Source of the DNA: Takakia lepidozioides
Taxonomy: Eukaryota; Plantae; Bryophyta
Reading direction: 5' to 3'
Length of the DNA stretch: 64,000 nt
NCBI GenBank assembly: GCA_030704615.1
Contig: CM060732.1
Coordinates: 50,406,001-50,470,000 of the forward strand
Part shown: piece after piece, positions 61,301-64,000 of the stretch
Layout of the letters: each line of letters begins with the position of its first letter
Numbering within the stretch: the stretch's first letter is position 1
Program-made: the position numbers and the translations under genes
The notes under the pieces: generated by a model
The model's input: the letters and a program-made list of their open reading frames with translations, nothing else
Database searches by the model: none
Told to the model about the DNA's origin: nothing

Positions 61301-61405
61301 GAGAGGCATAGTGGAACTGATGCATCACAGAGCTCGGAGGATGAGGGGGATGAGGGGGATGAGGAAGAAGGTGGGGCAAGTTCCTCGGAGGGTGTAGGAG
61401 AGTAG
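55331..61405 (+). pseudogene. Cargo gene B: diverged ParB-like + DNA amino-methyltransferase-like gene
   Basis: KLRIPLCRLVSLQVVRPA, FYVWDGNHRLLAWMEHI (~56600-56650), IADPALG, LEKLHRL, PWYVDLP, CDMILLDIPDG...PTWN, WRYSRTRSPAFIQTLMETCS...GRILDLTCGTG|ASMWAG..SDRHVFAFEPD. Introns at positions homologous to gene A. Many frameshifts. Confidence 0.75.
58045..59032. repeat. ~95-bp tandem array (about 10 units, two palindromes per unit) filling intron 57978-59058 of cargo gene B
   Basis: CTGGAAATTCGGCGCCGTTTTCCAG and AGGGACTTAGCC-ATTTTCG-GGCTAAGTCCCT in each unit. Confidence 0.93.
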
Positions 61406-61611
61406 TGCCCATTCCGGCTATGACAGTTAGAACACACTTGTATAGACGTGGCTTGCCACAAAATTTGCAATAAAATGTTGCATTTCAAGTCCACTGGTGC
61501 CACATTCCAACTTCACATGACCCTATTTCCGTGCCTCCTAACCCTATTTCCGTGGACTCACAATGGTCTGCTCATGCTTTTTTTTTTTCCGCTCATGAAA
61601 TAGCAGCCCCC

Positions 61612-62187
61612 CCTATGAGCAGATGATGGGGGAAGGGGTGAAGTGCAACCACATCACGTTTGCGTGCGTTTGCAATGCTTGTGCAAGCCTGGCAGCCCTG
61701 GAAAAGGGCAAAGGGGTGTATGGTGACATCATCGAAGCTGGAATTGTAGCAAGGTTGCAATGCGTGTGCAAGCCTGGGAGCCCTGGAAAATGGGAAAGAG
61801 GTCCATGGTGACATCATCAAAGCTGGAATTGCACCAGATTCATCTTGAACATTGCCCTGGTGGACATATGCCAAATGTCGGTGGATCGAGGATGCAAAGA
61901 GAGTTTTCAACACTGTGGTTGAAAAAAATGTGATGTCGTGGAACGCGATGCTTGCAGGGTATGCACAGCAGGGTGGGATGGAGGCTTTGGAGACCTCTGA
62001 ACAAATGATGGGGGAAGTGGTGAAGCCCTCATGGAGTGCAATGATTGCAAGATATGCTCAACATGGATCTGGTACAGAGGCATTCAAAATGTATGAGCAA
62101 ATGTTGCACGAAGGGGTGAAGCCCAACCACATCACATTTGTTTGTGTTTGCAATGCGTATGAAAGCCTGGGAGCCCTGGAAAAGCAA
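61612..62187 (+). pseudogene. Decayed PLS-PPR repeats
   Basis: GEGVKCNHITFACVCNACASLAALEKGK.V.GDIIEAG; YAKC..IEDAKRVF....KNVMSWNAMLAGYAQQG. Confidence 0.9.
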
Positions 62188-62189
62188 GG

Positions 62190-63040
62190 ACAATGTGGTG
62201 AGGGCACCTTCTTCGTCGACTTATTTCAGCCTGTTTTGCGCTCTCATCAGACTCAGTCCTGAGATGCATATTGAATTCTGTAAGTTAGCTCGTTGGGTGG
62301 ATCTGTGGTGGTTTGGAATGACTTTGCCATCACAGTGAGAAGCTGGCCATTGGTTTTGGGCTGATCAGCACAATCCCTAGGATGCCTCTTCGTCTCATCA
62401 AGAATCTTTGAGTGTGTGGTGACTACCACACTTCCACCAAATTCATCTCAAAGATTGTTGGTTGAGCAATTGTTGTATGGGTCGCTAACCGCTTTCACCA
62501 CTTTGAAGATGGGATTTGTTCTTGTGGTGATTACTGGTGAAAGGATGTTTTCTTGCCAACATGCAAGTGTCTTGCTTCATTCATTGATATGTGTAGCTAT
62601 TCAGACCATCCACCATTTCCTCAGAGTCTTGACCATCATGTACTGCCAGAGAGGGCTGGAGGATCAGATGAGGGTTTGACAGATTCAACAAAAATCATTA
62701 ACAGAGGGTGGCTGAACACTGGGGATTCTACTGCTCACAGTCCCGAATGTGCATGGATTAATAAAGGGGAAGTCCAAAACACTGGATGGGATGCCTTCCC
62801 TTCCTCACCCATAATTCTGTTTCTGTCAACAATGGCTGAGATGCTATCCCTTGCAATTCTACAGTTAATGTTGCATACAATCTGTCAGGTGGGTGGTCAC
62901 CCTCCAACACTGCAATGAGCCCCAGTTGTGTTCCTTTTGGGACATAAACAGACAAGAATTGTGGCTAGCCAGTCATGGAGGCAAATAATGAAGTTAGAGC
63001 CATGCCATCACATTAAGCCCTCATTGGTATGGACCGGCTA
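62190..63040 (-). mobile_element. Degenerate Ty3/gypsy integrase remnant
   Basis: Minus-strand traces of SMMVK.LRKM (cf. IMVVVDRLSKM), VVK.VSD, and a terminal ..ISRRR (cf. ADKRRR). No ORF. Confidence 0.4.
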
Positions 63041-63044
63041 AGCA

Positions 63045-63530
63045 GATTTGGTGTCATGGAACGCCATGCTTGCAGGATATCCACAGCAGGGCCACATGAT
63101 GGAGGCCTGGGGGAAAGGGTGAAGCCCGACCACATGGAATTGTACCAAATGTCATTCTGGACACTGCCCTAGTGGACATGTATGAATGAGATGTGGTGCC
63201 GTGGAATGCGATGATCGCAGGATATGCCCAACATGTTTTGATTCCGTGAGTCAAAATCATGGCCTCGCTCCTACAATGGAGCATTTTGGCTGCATGGTGG
63301 ACCTTCTTGGCTGCGCAGGTCGAGTGGAGGTGGCAAAGGACTTCATGAATAAAATGCCAAACGAACCAGTTGCTTCAGTGTGGCAGGCCTTGCTTGGTGC
63401 TTGCAGAATTCATGGCAAGGTGGAGGTGGCAGAAAGTGCAGCAAAATGCCTTTCTAAATGGGATCCACAGGATGCTGCTATTTATGTGTTACTATCAAGG
63501 CTGGCAGGCGGGACGATACTGCCAAGATGA
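63045..63530 (+). pseudogene. Decayed PPR with E domain
   Basis: HGLAPTMEHFGCMVDLLGCAGRVEVAKDFMNKMPNEPVASVWQALLGACRIHGKVEVAESAA...DPQDAAIYVLLS. Confidence 0.92.
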
Positions 63531-64000
63531 GAAACATGTGGGAACAAAGTCACCACCCTGGCATTGGTGGGGGAAACTCTTTAAATTGGCTCCCAAGATA
63601 GAAAAATTTGGGTATGCTCTCTGTTCATTTCTATCGCAAATGAGAGAGATTATCATGGTAATATTGAGAATGAGAAGATGTAGTCATTTTCTGTTGCTAT
63701 GAATGTTGGTATTAGCTATCATTGTGATTGTTGGGTACTATGTGCCCTTGGGTATGGTAGATTCAGCGTGGTTTCGAATGCGAAAGAGCGTTTCCTACAC
63801 TTTTCTCGGGGCTGATGGAGAAAGATAAAAGAATGCATTGTTGAGTGCATAGATTCATAAATAAATTGCTACGGACTAAGTTGTGACTTGTTTGCGCAGG
63901 CCTGGGCCCTGACAACAGACTTGACCTCTGATCAAGCCCTAATGTATTTTCTTAAGCATGTTCTATGATCACATGCCTAATACTAGACACCCTGAGATAC

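Larger units (their letters stand above)
54053..61611. mobile_element. Right part of a second Mutator-like element B; left end and transposase not visible
   Basis: Carries a homologue of cargo gene A. Ends ...TAGCAGCCCCC (A ends ...AAGCATTCCCC) exactly where PPR sequence (CCTATGAGCAGATGATG) resumes. Confidence 0.65.

Overview
Eukaryotic nuclear DNA from a land plant. A non-seed plant such as a bryophyte or fern is my inference from the PLS-type PPR fragments, the plant Hv1 gene and the TE types. The first ~12.5 kb holds two host genes: the 3' four exons of an ABCB/MDR transporter (+) and an intronless Hv1-type voltage-gated proton channel (-). The rest is a transposon nest: two tRNA-derived SINEs; a truncated Helitron-like Rep gene beside a ~150-bp satellite and an internally inverted kinase pseudogene; a complete 13.5-kb non-chromovirus Ty3/gypsy element (5-bp TSD) with extra ORFs on both sides of gag-pol; a second partial copy of that family; and decayed PLS-PPR genes into which several elements inserted. 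The most striking system is a 10.4-kb Mutator-like element (9-bp TSD; GCM-DDE-SWIM transposase). It carries a divergently oriented spliced gene fusing a ParB/Srx-like domain (WDGNHR) to a beta-class N4C/N6A DNA-methyltransferase-like fold, plus about 17 dispersed 22-26-bp palindromes. A highly diverged second copy of the cargo gene (55-61 kb) keeps the same introns and carries arrays of a different palindrome at the homologous positions. This suggests an element-specific protein plus cis-site (parS-like/VANC-like) module. All calls are by eye, without database searches. A 500-N gap lies at 53553-54052.
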